64,000 nucleotides of DNA from a virus (taxonomy: Duplodnaviria; Heunggongvirae; Uroviricota; Caudoviricetes): positions 1 to 64,000 of the IMG/VR virus record IMGVR_UViG_3300025000_000063, one strand, 5' to 3'. The translations under genes were made by a program, and so were the position numbers. Under the pieces are notes generated by a model, which made no database searches, was not told the origin of the DNA, and was given only the letters and a program-made list of their open reading frames with translations. Of this stretch, positions 7,701-15,805 are shown one piece after another; the first letter of the stretch is position 1; each line of letters begins with the position of its first letter.

Positions 7701-8467
7701 GATACAATCCTTTCTATGTGGTTATTTATCCAAGCGACGACCCTCTCAAAAGCCTCTCTTCTTTGGGGGTCGTCGCTTCTAATCCTTTCTAATTGAGAAA
7801 TCGCCATCGTTGAGAACTGCATTGCAGAAGATGCTCGTTTGATATCTTCTTTTTTTGGCTCAACATTAATTTTCTTATAAGCCCCGGCAACACTCTTGTT
7901 AAGATCCTTCTTTAATTCTTTGGCCTTCTCAGGGTCAGATTGTTTCAAGCTGTCAATAGCATCCACAACAGCAATTGCTTTTTCAGCCGTTTTCCCTGAC
8001 CATCCTACTTTTGCGGCTGCGATGTCACGGGACTTACCTTCGCTTAGTGGTGGTAAATTTTCCACAACTAAAGGTTTGCCTGTTTTATGGACTTCCAGGT
8101 TTTTTGCACCGGCGGCAGCTTGTCTATCAGCCGCCCTCTTATCCTCAATCGCCTTCAACACTTTAACCTCCCTGGCTTTCTGTTCCTTGGTCTTCTCCCT
8201 CTGGACGTTGGAAGCTATAAGAATTTCCACCAGCTTATCCGGGTCGGTTTCTTCAATCTCCTGAACCGGGATGACTTCATGTTTGAGAGCTTTGCAGACA
8301 TTCCAACGACGATGCCCGGAAATGATGGTGAAATCTAAGGTAACGATTACCGGAGAGGTAATGCCGTGTTTTTTTATGCTCTGATAAAGATCGTCGTCAA
8401 ACGAATCACCATATATGAGGTTGTTTTGCGGGTGAGGTTTAAGACTATTAATAGGAGCATGATTCAT
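7697..8467 (-). CDS. ParB-like N-terminal domain protein with a Lys-rich C-terminal half
   Basis: LKPHPQNNLIYGD...ISGHRRW is a ParB-N motif. It is arranged in tandem with the second ParB-like gene. Confidence 0.6.
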   Translation of the reverse strand: MNHAPINSLKPHPQNNLIYGDSFDDDLYQSIKKHGITSPVIVTLDFTIISGHRRWNVCKALKHEVIPVQEIEETDPDKLVEILIASNVQREKTKEQKAREVKVLKAIEDKRAADRQAAAGAKNLEVHKTGKPLVVENLPPLSEGKSRDIAAAKVGWSGKTAEKAIAVVDAIDSLKQSDPEKAKELKKDLNKSVAGAYKKINVEPKKEDIKRASSAMQFSTMAISQLERIRSDDPQRREAFERVVAWINNHIERIVS

Positions 8468-8649
8468 CTCTTCTCCCCCACTTTAATTTTAAAATGTGAT
8501 TCCCATTGAACCGGCACGTTACCTGATTTTTCCCACGCAGTAATCGTGGCCGGATTGATGCCCAAAAACGCCGCCGCAGAAACTTTCGGCTTCGGCGTAT
8601 CTTTAAAATGATTCAGTAATTCTTTTACTTTCATATTGTATCCCTTCAT
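8464..8649 (-). CDS. small HTH DNA-binding protein (Cro/YdaS-like)
   Basis: SAAAFLGINPATITAWEKSG is a helix-turn-helix. A TTGACA-containing palindrome, ACTTGTCAAGT, lies upstream at 8662-8672. Confidence 0.45.
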   Translation of the reverse strand: MKGYNMKVKELLNHFKDTPKPKVSAAAFLGINPATITAWEKSGNVPVQWESHFKIKVGEKR

Positions 8650-8707
8650 GTTTCTTGCACTTTAATCTTTTAAAAAAGACTTGTCAAGTATTTTTTTTTA
8701 TTTTTTT

Positions 8708-8953
8708 TTATTCATCATAAAAGGACGCACAGGTTTCGGTCCCTGGCTCCAATTCAGTGTGACCGGCGTCCTTCACAACAAATGCTCCTTTCTCAAATAC
8801 TATCTCTTTAAATTTCTTATCACTGACGGCCAGCACCACCACATTCATATAATACTCTTTGTGATTAATACCCGTAGCTGCGTGAACCGCTTGAGCGGCC
8901 AACTTACCAGGCGACATTTTCAAATTTTTCCGGTAAATTATTTTGAGTCTCAT
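8708..8953 (-). CDS. PTH2-family peptidyl-tRNA hydrolase-like protein (short, 81 aa)
   Basis: NLKMSPGKLAAQAVHAA matches the PTH2 signature (GKGK[IL]AAQ..HAA). The protein ends with DAGHTELEPGTET and appears to lack the last about 25 residues of canonical PTH2. Confidence 0.5.
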   Translation of the reverse strand: MRLKIIYRKNLKMSPGKLAAQAVHAATGINHKEYYMNVVVLAVSDKKFKEIVFEKGAFVVKDAGHTELEPGTETCASFYDE

Positions 8954-9044
8954 TAAAACACCAAAACATAAATAAACTGAGCCACGGTTGATACGGTCAA
9001 AGACAACAAAATAACCGCCACGGCCATCAATAAAAAATAAATAA

Positions 9045-9620
9045 TTATTTCAATAATTTGCATATTTCCCCCGCAAAATCTTTCAGTTCACCAAAAGCAG
9101 GACGGCACCTGAGATCCCACCCCCTATATTTATCCAAGGCTGTTTCTGAACTGTGACGAGCGGCCGGGCCGGACTCCCAACCAACATAAGGGTCAATCCG
9201 GACAAGAATTCCGCCATTGTCTTTAACGAACTCAGCCTCATCTTCAAAACGAACGTCATCAATTACCACCCCGGGGCAGTCGTTGTCTTGGAGTTCATTC
9301 AAGCGCCTTTTCATCTGTTTTGTCCAGTACGCCAGGTCTTGTTTACGCCGGATTTCAGTAGCGTGCCATTGAAGCAAATCACGAACAGTTGTTTGAGGAG
9401 GTGTATACTCCACACCGTCAATAAAATATTTTTCTCTCAACTGGCAAGCCCATTGTTTGTGATGATAACAAACCTCAAGGGGAATCCCATAAATCTGGCT
9501 AACTTCCTGTTTAACCGGGTTTGCAAAAGACGCCCTGACAAACCCTGTTAATCTCACCAATTCTCTGGAGGTCTCTGTTTTACCTGATCCTATTTTTCCC
9601 GAGATACCGATTAATTTCAT
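9045..9620 (-). CDS. P-loop kinase, deoxynucleoside monophosphate kinase family-like
   Basis: MKLIGISGKIGSGKTET is a Walker A motif. FANPVKQEVSQIYGIP resembles the phage dNMP kinase (T4 gp1-like) substrate loop. Confidence 0.55.
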   Translation of the reverse strand: MKLIGISGKIGSGKTETSRELVRLTGFVRASFANPVKQEVSQIYGIPLEVCYHHKQWACQLREKYFIDGVEYTPPQTTVRDLLQWHATEIRRKQDLAYWTKQMKRRLNELQDNDCPGVVIDDVRFEDEAEFVKDNGGILVRIDPYVGWESGPAARHSSETALDKYRGWDLRCRPAFGELKDFAGEICKLLK

Positions 9621-9621
9621 C

Positions 9622-10980
9622 CTACTCTCCTTTTACCGCTGAAATTTTAGAAGGTATTCCTGCTTTTCTAAGAATATCCCCATAATGACTACATACCCCC
9701 ACATTTCCTACTACATTTATCCCCCCCGGTTTACTTTTTATCAGGGAATGCAACCGGGTTAGTTTATCCTTCGTAGACCCCTCTTCTGGAATAAAGAAAT
9801 CGACATATTCAACACCTTCGGCCCCCTCAACAATAGTAACCCCGTCACTCTGAGCGCCAAACTCCCTGTGGAGCTGAACACACCACACTTCAGCTCCGTC
9901 AAACACCCATTCCATTTTTACGCCGCATAAAACCTGCTCCGCTTTTTCATATACCTTTTTAACCGCCGACACAACTTCTTCGGGGATATCCTCTGCCTGT
10001 TTCCCCATCATAAACTCGTCGCCAGCCCCCGCCACCCCTTGGACAAAACCTCGAACAACAGCCCCAGACCACACAGACTTGACGCTTTCTTGACAGATAA
10101 TAGATTTTATAGGCACGTCTTCTTCTTCCTTGATCATCTCAAAAGGGTCTTTCCACCCGAAAAAAGTGGAATAATACCCAGGATGCGGAACTTCCGGACA
10201 AGTCCGTATCCATTTCTCAGTCTCACCCGTTTTTTTACCAAAAACAAAGACAGCAACGTTTCTGGGAATAACCGTCGTCTTAGGCACCCTCAAGCCTATG
10301 GCCTGAGCCACAAGAAGGCCAAAAACTTTATCCCCAAGAAAGCGACTGAAATTATTAGGCCATAAAATTTCAGAATTTACAGGTGAGAAAGAATCAAAAA
10401 CCTCTAACTCCCAAAAAATTATGTGATCATGAGCGTAACCGACTTTTTTCGGATGCAGACTAAACTCTATCCTTTCACCCGGCCTGGGATTCAGCCGAAT
10501 CGGAAACTTATAAACCTCTTCCAAAAGCATAACACCCATGCCAACCGGCAACCGACACGCCCCCGGTTTATCGACACATTTTGGCGTGTCGCCAGGAGAA
10601 AATTCAATGACGCCTCCAAAAACAACCCCTGATACGCCCCCGTCATGAATAGAAATGCTCTCATTCACTATGACGTGGTAACCTTTTTCAAAAGCTTCAT
10701 CCAAACACCTCATAACCTCAGAAACAGAACCGAGATCGAAGATAAGCGACGTCCCTTTAGGGTCGTCAGGGGTAAATCTCCGGATATTGACCGATGAAAC
10801 ATTTTTCAGCAGCCTCTCCACACCCTCTTCAACACAGGGAAAAGAATAATTCGGTTCCGCCCCTCTTATTCTGCAAAAAGTTTGTTCGTATCTGGTTTCC
10901 CCCGGAACAAACGAAATAAACTGAGCCACATTACCTCTTTCTGACAAGCTATTCAAAATCTCATCTTTTTTCATTCTCAC
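9622..10980 (-). CDS. PEP-utilising-enzyme-like ATP-grasp protein (PPDK_N / PEP synthase N-domain-like), 452 aa
   Basis: GDKVFGLLVAQAIGLRVPKTTVIP resembles GGKxANLxExxxxGxPVPxGFxI. The later block EWVFDGAEVWCVQLHRE resembles the EWAxDGxxLxxLQxRP motif of PEP synthase / rifampin phosphotransferase ATP-grasp domains. Confidence 0.4.
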   Translation of the reverse strand: MRMKKDEILNSLSERGNVAQFISFVPGETRYEQTFCRIRGAEPNYSFPCVEEGVERLLKNVSSVNIRRFTPDDPKGTSLIFDLGSVSEVMRCLDEAFEKGYHVIVNESISIHDGGVSGVVFGGVIEFSPGDTPKCVDKPGACRLPVGMGVMLLEEVYKFPIRLNPRPGERIEFSLHPKKVGYAHDHIIFWELEVFDSFSPVNSEILWPNNFSRFLGDKVFGLLVAQAIGLRVPKTTVIPRNVAVFVFGKKTGETEKWIRTCPEVPHPGYYSTFFGWKDPFEMIKEEEDVPIKSIICQESVKSVWSGAVVRGFVQGVAGAGDEFMMGKQAEDIPEEVVSAVKKVYEKAEQVLCGVKMEWVFDGAEVWCVQLHREFGAQSDGVTIVEGAEGVEYVDFFIPEEGSTKDKLTRLHSLIKSKPGGINVVGNVGVCSHYGDILRKAGIPSKISAVKGE

Positions 10981-11002
10981 TCTCCTTCAAATTATGCGTT
11001 AT

Positions 11003-11401
11003 TTAGCGTCCTATAGGGTCAAATTCTTCGAAATCAGCTAAAGTGTATACTTTGATACGCGGCGCCCAAATTTCGGTTGATTTTCCCTTCTCTTTTTTGA
11101 TCTTCCTCCAGGCGATCAATTCAAGGGCTGTCCCCGGGGTCGAAAGCCAATCTATAGCGTCTTGTCTTTTCTCGATCAGAATCTTTTTGTCGTGTCCGGA
11201 GAAATCTTGTCCGGCGGACTGGATACCAAGTACCCCGCGAGAGGGGTCGAGAGCTATTATGTCTATAATGCCCCACAGGTCTTTCCTAATACCTCTCTGA
11301 CCGTTCTTCACCCATACCTGAGCGACGTACCTCTCAACGATACCCGCTTTCATGCCTCGGCTTTTCAGCAGTTTAAGAGTTCGTTCTGTATTTGACGACA
11401 T
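11003..11401 (-). CDS. Holliday junction resolvase, archaeal Hjc-like PD-(D/E)xK nuclease
   Basis: The pattern ERTLKLLKSRG...RKDLWGIIDIIAL...GVLGIQS aligns by eye with the Hjc GSxxER...RKDxxPDIIAL...IEVKS pattern. Confidence 0.5.
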   Translation of the reverse strand: MSSNTERTLKLLKSRGMKAGIVERYVAQVWVKNGQRGIRKDLWGIIDIIALDPSRGVLGIQSAGQDFSGHDKKILIEKRQDAIDWLSTPGTALELIAWRKIKKEKGKSTEIWAPRIKVYTLADFEEFDPIGR

Positions 11402-11410
11402 CTTTTTTCA

Positions 11411-11623
11411 CTACTCCTTTTTTCCGGTGCTCCATTCAGCATACCAATCCCTTTCCGCTTTAGTTAAATCCTTTCTGTATTTGACAACATCTTTTTTCCT
11501 TTTCAAATTTTCAGGGTAATCATACCACACATATCTTCTTGCTGTGTGTTTTAATGTTCCACATTTAATACACCACTCTAAATTTTCTTTTCCTTTTTTC
11601 ACCCATTGGTGTTCACATTTCAT
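11411..11623 (-). CDS. small zinc-ribbon protein (70 aa)
   Basis: CEHQW...CIKCG is a Cys4-type ribbon. A GGAAA RBS is present. Confidence 0.4.
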   Translation of the reverse strand: MKCEHQWVKKGKENLEWCIKCGTLKHTARRYVWYDYPENLKRKKDVVKYRKDLTKAERDWYAEWSTGKKE

Positions 11624-11635
11624 TTAATTTTTCCT

Positions 11636-11695
11636 TTCATTTTGCCCGGTATTTCCTATTGGGGAAAAACCGGCTAAAAGCGGTTTTCCCTTATA
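11636..11695. other. long imperfect hairpin (about 25 bp stem, 8 nt loop)
   Basis: GGTATTTCCTATTGGGGAAAAACCG-GCTAAAAG-CGGTTTTCCCTTATAGGAATACC. A GC-rich mini hairpin follows at 11713-11733. Confidence 0.5.
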
Positions 11696-12033
11696 GGAAT
11701 ACCGATATTCAATCGAAACCTGAAGCCCCGCAATGGGCGGGCATCTCCAAGGTCGTGTAACTTTATGAAAATCTGAAAAACGTTCAATACTCGAAATTTA
11801 AAGTTAGCCGCTTTTGAAGACAGGCTATAGACTATTGTTTTAGAATTAGCTTTAAAGTCGAAAAAATTGAACGGTTTTTGACATCTTCGATATCCTTTAA
11901 AGTAACTCGCGCTTCGTCTGCTTACTCCTGCTATTATCTTCGCCGTTACATTAGAGACTCGATTTTTCAGTGTGTATTTTTTTACCCAATTTTCCTGTAA
12001 ATCGCTCCAGGCTATTGTTTCAGAATTAGCCAT
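11674..12033 (-). CDS. doubtful ORF (119 aa) inside a structured, repeat-rich noncoding-looking region
   Basis: No convincing RBS. The composition is Arg/Lys/Phe-rich and odd. It contains two copies of a 24 bp DNA repeat. It may not be coding. Confidence 0.2.
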   Translation of the reverse strand: MANSETIAWSDLQENWVKKYTLKNRVSNVTAKIIAGVSRRSASYFKGYRRCQKPFNFFDFKANSKTIVYSLSSKAANFKFRVLNVFQIFIKLHDLGDARPLRGFRFRLNIGIPIRENRF

Positions 12034-12394
12034 TTTTTCTGTTCCCTTTAGAGAAATTTTAAATTTATTTTAGAGTTCATCGCCTGTTAAAACCTTTGAT
12101 ATACTATTAACACAGAGTTACAAATAAAGCAAGTTTAGAGAACATTTAAAGTACAGCCTTTTTCGCTAACCAGGAGATAATAGCCCAGCAAGGTTCTCCA
12201 GCTTTTAGCAATAAATGCAATCTTTCCGAGCAGGCGTTCACCACAACCTCCGCCACAGGCTGTTGTTTCAGAGTTACAGAGGCTTTCATGGTGAACGCCC
12301 GCTCGGAATCGTTTTGTCGGGTTTTTTAGTGTTTTGTCGGTGTTAAAAATAGGTCGGCCGTCGGGTGAAAAGCGGTTAGATTTTCCGTGAAACA

Positions 12395-12613
12395 TTATGG
12401 GTTTTTTATCCAATCTATGGCCTCTTGAAATAGCTCAATCGCTTCTTCTCTTGTAAAATAACCGGAAAACCATCCACCACATTCTTCCCTGACGCGGATT
12501 AATTTTCCCTCGTCAAACTCCGGGTCTTCATTCTTTTTAATGCTGAAAAGGCGATCATGACCGTATTTTTTAAAGCATAGTTTACCGGGCTTTGTTTCTT
12601 CAAAGTATTTCAT
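12395..12613 (-). CDS. hypothetical protein (start MKYFEET)
   Basis: ORF overlaps the upstream gene stop. No domain recognised. Confidence 0.4.
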   Translation of the reverse strand: MKYFEETKPGKLCFKKYGHDRLFSIKKNEDPEFDEGKLIRVREECGGWFSGYFTREEAIELFQEAIDWIKNP

Positions 12614-12617
12614 TGTT

Positions 12618-13130
12618 CTACCTCGTTTCAAAAAGGATTTTATAAGGAGAGGTCTTCTTTATTTTATCCTGCATCTCGGAAGTTTCAAACCTCTCCAAGC
12701 GTATGGTTTTTATTTCCGCGCCAGTTACATTTTCAAAGTCTGCTATCAGTTTAAGGATTTCATCTGCCAATACTTCTTTTAAATTTTTATCGTTCATTAT
12801 TTCCCCCCCCCCACAAAAATATTTCTTTATTTCACTTCTCGTTATAGCCGGTCGGGTCCATTCTCTTTGAAACCTTCTCCAGTTTTTGTCTTCATCCCCG
12901 GCAAAAGAATTAAAAGCCGGTCCGTCCATTTCTGCCGGAGCAATCTTTGACCACGCTTTATAAAGATATTCAGCCTTTTCGATGTCATAAGTGAATAAGG
13001 TGCTGATATGAACTCTTGTTATATCCTTTGGGGTGCTCTCGTTCGGAACATCGAAAAAACAGAGATGATCCTCCGGGGAAGCCGAAGTTTTTCTTGGGAA
13101 CACTCTTGCAAGGCCTATCTCTCCCAGCAT
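12618..13130 (-). CDS. hypothetical protein (170 aa) containing a C10 homopolymer tract at 12803-12812
   Basis: The ORF overlaps the primase stop. GGG codons are encoded by the poly-C run. The C-terminal 57 aa may be a separate product, because the run G10 AAATA ATG could act as an RBS. Confidence 0.35.
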   Translation of the reverse strand: MLGEIGLARVFPRKTSASPEDHLCFFDVPNESTPKDITRVHISTLFTYDIEKAEYLYKAWSKIAPAEMDGPAFNSFAGDEDKNWRRFQREWTRPAITRSEIKKYFCGGGEIMNDKNLKEVLADEILKLIADFENVTGAEIKTIRLERFETSEMQDKIKKTSPYKILFETR

Positions 13131-15055
13131 GTCAGTACCCTCCTGTTCCCGGATAAGGGGTCAAGTCTGTATTCTTTTTTACCGTGTTCGTGGATCATTG
13201 AAAAAATCTCCTCTAAGTTATCGGTTATGGTGTTGACCGCCTTGCTCGATACTCCTGCTGCTTTTATTTCTTCCGCTATTTTCTTTAATGTGGTTGGGCC
13301 TTGTCTATCGACAATAGACATAGCCGCTGAAGCCAGAGACTCGTTCGATCCTGAGCCTATAACTTGGTCGAGTTGAACGGCTTCCAGGACGCCGGTGGTT
13401 TCGTCGTTGTCGTAGAACAGTTTTACTGATTTCTTTTCAAACCATTCAAATGACTCTGAAGGCGGCGCAAGGTTAGCTTTGGCGGAATCAAGGCGGGTGT
13501 ACCAGGAAGCCCGGGCGGGCGTTATACCGTATTGCAGGGCCTCTTTTTCGCTCATGGTATAAAAGGTATGGGCTATGCGGGCGGCACTTGCTAAAGCGGA
13601 TGCGCCGCGTGCTTTGTCCATGTTCCCGTGGGTGTCTTTGGCGCCTTTAGATGTGTGGTGGACAATGGATATGGCGCAACCGGTTTCTTTGGCTATCTTT
13701 CGGAAGGACCGCATAACCATGTTGATTGCCCCATTGTCGTTTTCGTTGACTTGATGGCATTCTACAAATGGGTCGAGAATGAACAACTTAATACGCCGTT
13801 GGCGTATCTGGTTGACAATAGCCCCGAGAAGAGGTTCGTTTATAACGGGTCGGTTCCGGTCATCATATGAAACAAGGGTCAACGGGTTGTCGTAGGCTGA
13901 ACTGTAATAAAAGTTTTCAAGGTCTTCTTTGGTTAAATTATATTGCTTTGCAGCCGCCATTATTCTAAGGGAGAGTTCGTCGAACGGATCTTCTGTGTTG
14001 AAGAGCCATACGGCCCCCGGTAATTTAACCTCGTCATGGGTGAGTCGTTTTCCGGACGCCACTGAGATTGCTTCGAGGATGGTGAGGAGGGATTTTCCTG
14101 CGCCTCCTGGGGCGATGGTGAGGGTGGTGAAACCGAGTAAATAGCGATGTCCGAGGAGCCATTGTCGGGGTTGAAGCTGCTCGATTTTGGTTTCTGCGGC
14201 GCATTTGACCATGGCTGTGGAAGAAATACCACTGGAAAACATCGCTTCTGGTGTTGCATTGCCTGGTCTGTCTTTTGCGTACTTGAAAGCGTTTGCAATT
14301 TTCTTTTCAAGTTCAGTCTGGTCCCAGGGGGGAAATGCCTTGGTTTCGTTCCAGTGCTCTGATAATAATTCCAGGGCAGTGGCTTCTGAGACATTGAAAT
14401 CCCGTAATTTGCACGCAATTTGGAATGTAACAGCATCTCCTCCATTGCCTTGAATTGCTTCGGGTGCATAGCTTTTAAGCCATAGAATAGCTCTTTCAAC
14501 GTTGGAGTTTTTGTCTGGTTCTGATATGGGGATGTCATAATCCTCTCTCCTTTCTGTTGGTATTCCTACGAAGTTTATTATCCATTCCGGCAGGGGGGCG
14601 GGGATACCTTTTTTGCACAGAACGTACTCCCCCTTTCCCTTCACGTGTTGGCCCGGTAAAGGGATCATCACGGGTATGTCTATTCCTTTTGCTAATTTGT
14701 CTACTCCTCTGGCGCAATACCCTTTGAATACGTAATGAACTCCCGCATTGGGGGTTTTCGCTTCCATAGTTTCTGGTAGATTGCCGTATTGATTTTCAAG
14801 GTTTACAAGGTTTATTCCCCCTTTTTTTCCTTTTTTGTTGTCGACATCAACAACAGTCAGTCCAGAAGCTTTTAAATTCACGCAAAAATAACAGTTGGGC
14901 CATTGTTCGACCCATTTTTCCAACGCAGGTATTTCGGAAGAAGATTTGGTACTCCATTCTATGCAGGGGTAATGTTTTTCATTACTCCAACGGGAGGGGA
15001 ACAGCTTCCACCCCGCTTTTGCAAAAGGTATAGCGTTTAACAGATTTTTATTCAT
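13115..15055 (-). CDS. bifunctional primase-polymerase (PrimPol) / RecA-like replicative helicase (AAA_25, RepA/D5-like)
   Basis: The N-terminal half reads PSRWSNEKHYPCIEW...VVDVDNKKG..., which is PrimPol-like. The C-terminal half has Walker A LTIAPGGAGKSLLT and Walker B/arginine region LFILDPFVECH...ISIVHHTSKG. Confidence 0.75.
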   Translation of the reverse strand: MNKNLLNAIPFAKAGWKLFPSRWSNEKHYPCIEWSTKSSSEIPALEKWVEQWPNCYFCVNLKASGLTVVDVDNKKGKKGGINLVNLENQYGNLPETMEAKTPNAGVHYVFKGYCARGVDKLAKGIDIPVMIPLPGQHVKGKGEYVLCKKGIPAPLPEWIINFVGIPTERREDYDIPISEPDKNSNVERAILWLKSYAPEAIQGNGGDAVTFQIACKLRDFNVSEATALELLSEHWNETKAFPPWDQTELEKKIANAFKYAKDRPGNATPEAMFSSGISSTAMVKCAAETKIEQLQPRQWLLGHRYLLGFTTLTIAPGGAGKSLLTILEAISVASGKRLTHDEVKLPGAVWLFNTEDPFDELSLRIMAAAKQYNLTKEDLENFYYSSAYDNPLTLVSYDDRNRPVINEPLLGAIVNQIRQRRIKLFILDPFVECHQVNENDNGAINMVMRSFRKIAKETGCAISIVHHTSKGAKDTHGNMDKARGASALASAARIAHTFYTMSEKEALQYGITPARASWYTRLDSAKANLAPPSESFEWFEKKSVKLFYDNDETTGVLEAVQLDQVIGSGSNESLASAAMSIVDRQGPTTLKKIAEEIKAAGVSSKAVNTITDNLEEIFSMIHEHGKKEYRLDPLSGNRRVLTCWER

Positions 15056-15151
15056 GAATGATAAGTTCCCTCGAAATCTTTAAATGGATATTTACTGCCG
15101 GGTAGGATGGGGAAAACATACCATCCTTTCTCGGCGAACTTTATGGCGTAA

Positions 15152-15421
15152 TCATTCATTAGGCTCCCCGTCCAGGTCTTTTATTTGTCGAAGCAATATC
15201 GTTTTTAGAGCTTTCTCATATTCTTTTTTAGATTTAAAACTATTAAGGATTTTATTGCAGTCGGTGCAAATTTCAGCGCCGTAGTCGCTGACATAAGGGT
15301 ATTTTTCCCAAGTCCAGAATTTGGTGTTTTTATGCAGGCATTCCAGCGTCGTGACGCGCCTTTGTAATTGGTCTATTTTAGATTCTAAGATTTTAAGTCT
15401 GCGGTCAGTAAGAACTAACAT
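15152..15421 (-). CDS. hypothetical protein (89 aa, coiled-coil N-terminus, CxxC)
   Basis: ORF only. Confidence 0.4.
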   Translation of the reverse strand: MLVLTDRRLKILESKIDQLQRRVTTLECLHKNTKFWTWEKYPYVSDYGAEICTDCNKILNSFKSKKEYEKALKTILLRQIKDLDGEPNE

Positions 15422-15446
15422 TTGTTTTTTCTCCTATAATAAGATT

Positions 15447-15656
15447 TTATTCATGAATGATAAGCTCCAAATGATGGAAATGAGCGTTGACTAAGTTTTT
15501 TAGCCCGCGGCGTTTTAGGGGGTAATGGAGAAACCATAGGTCTACAGCATCTATCCAATCACATATTTTTTCTGAATTTTTCTCCAACTCTTTATAATTC
15601 TTTAGCAGTCTGGTTTTTAAAACGATGAGGTCTGTTTTCATTTTATTTGTCCTCAT
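15447..15656 (-). CDS. hypothetical protein (69 aa)
   Basis: ORF only. Confidence 0.35.
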   Translation of the reverse strand: MRTNKMKTDLIVLKTRLLKNYKELEKNSEKICDWIDAVDLWFLHYPLKRRGLKNLVNAHFHHLELIIHE

Positions 15657-15796
15657 CCAAAATGGCGATATCGTGCAACCAAGTTAAAAGAACTCCCGCG
15701 GTTAAAACTAACCACCACAAAAAAGTATTCTCGGGTATGATCGTAACCGCCAGTAGCGACCCAAGGTATGCGAAAATTAGATATCTGAACATAAAG
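15647..15796 (-). CDS. small two-TM membrane protein (about 49 aa, MKNFMFRYLIFAYLGSLLAV...)
   Basis: Found by manual translation of the minus strand. It is strongly hydrophobic and is missing from the ORF track because of the length cutoff. Confidence 0.3.
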
Positions 15797-15805
15797 TTTT
15801 TCATT

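Noticed and set aside
7896-8338. Several plus-strand ORFs (122, 63, 83 aa) inside the ParB-like gene region
   Set aside because: They are antisense to conserved-motif genes, with no RBS and serine/leucine-rich junk composition.
8681-8956. 91 aa plus-strand ORF
   Set aside because: It is antisense to the PTH2-like gene, which carries a family signature.
12135-12413. 92 aa minus-strand ORF in the structured region
   Set aside because: The translation looks like noncoding sequence (GC hairpin arms translated as CGGGCGERLLG). It has no RBS and overlaps inverted repeats.
13960-14538. 192 aa ORF in an alternative frame inside the PrimPol/helicase gene
   Set aside because: It is fully embedded in a strongly supported 646 aa gene. 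Its Pro/Ser/Gln-rich composition is that of an off-frame artefact.
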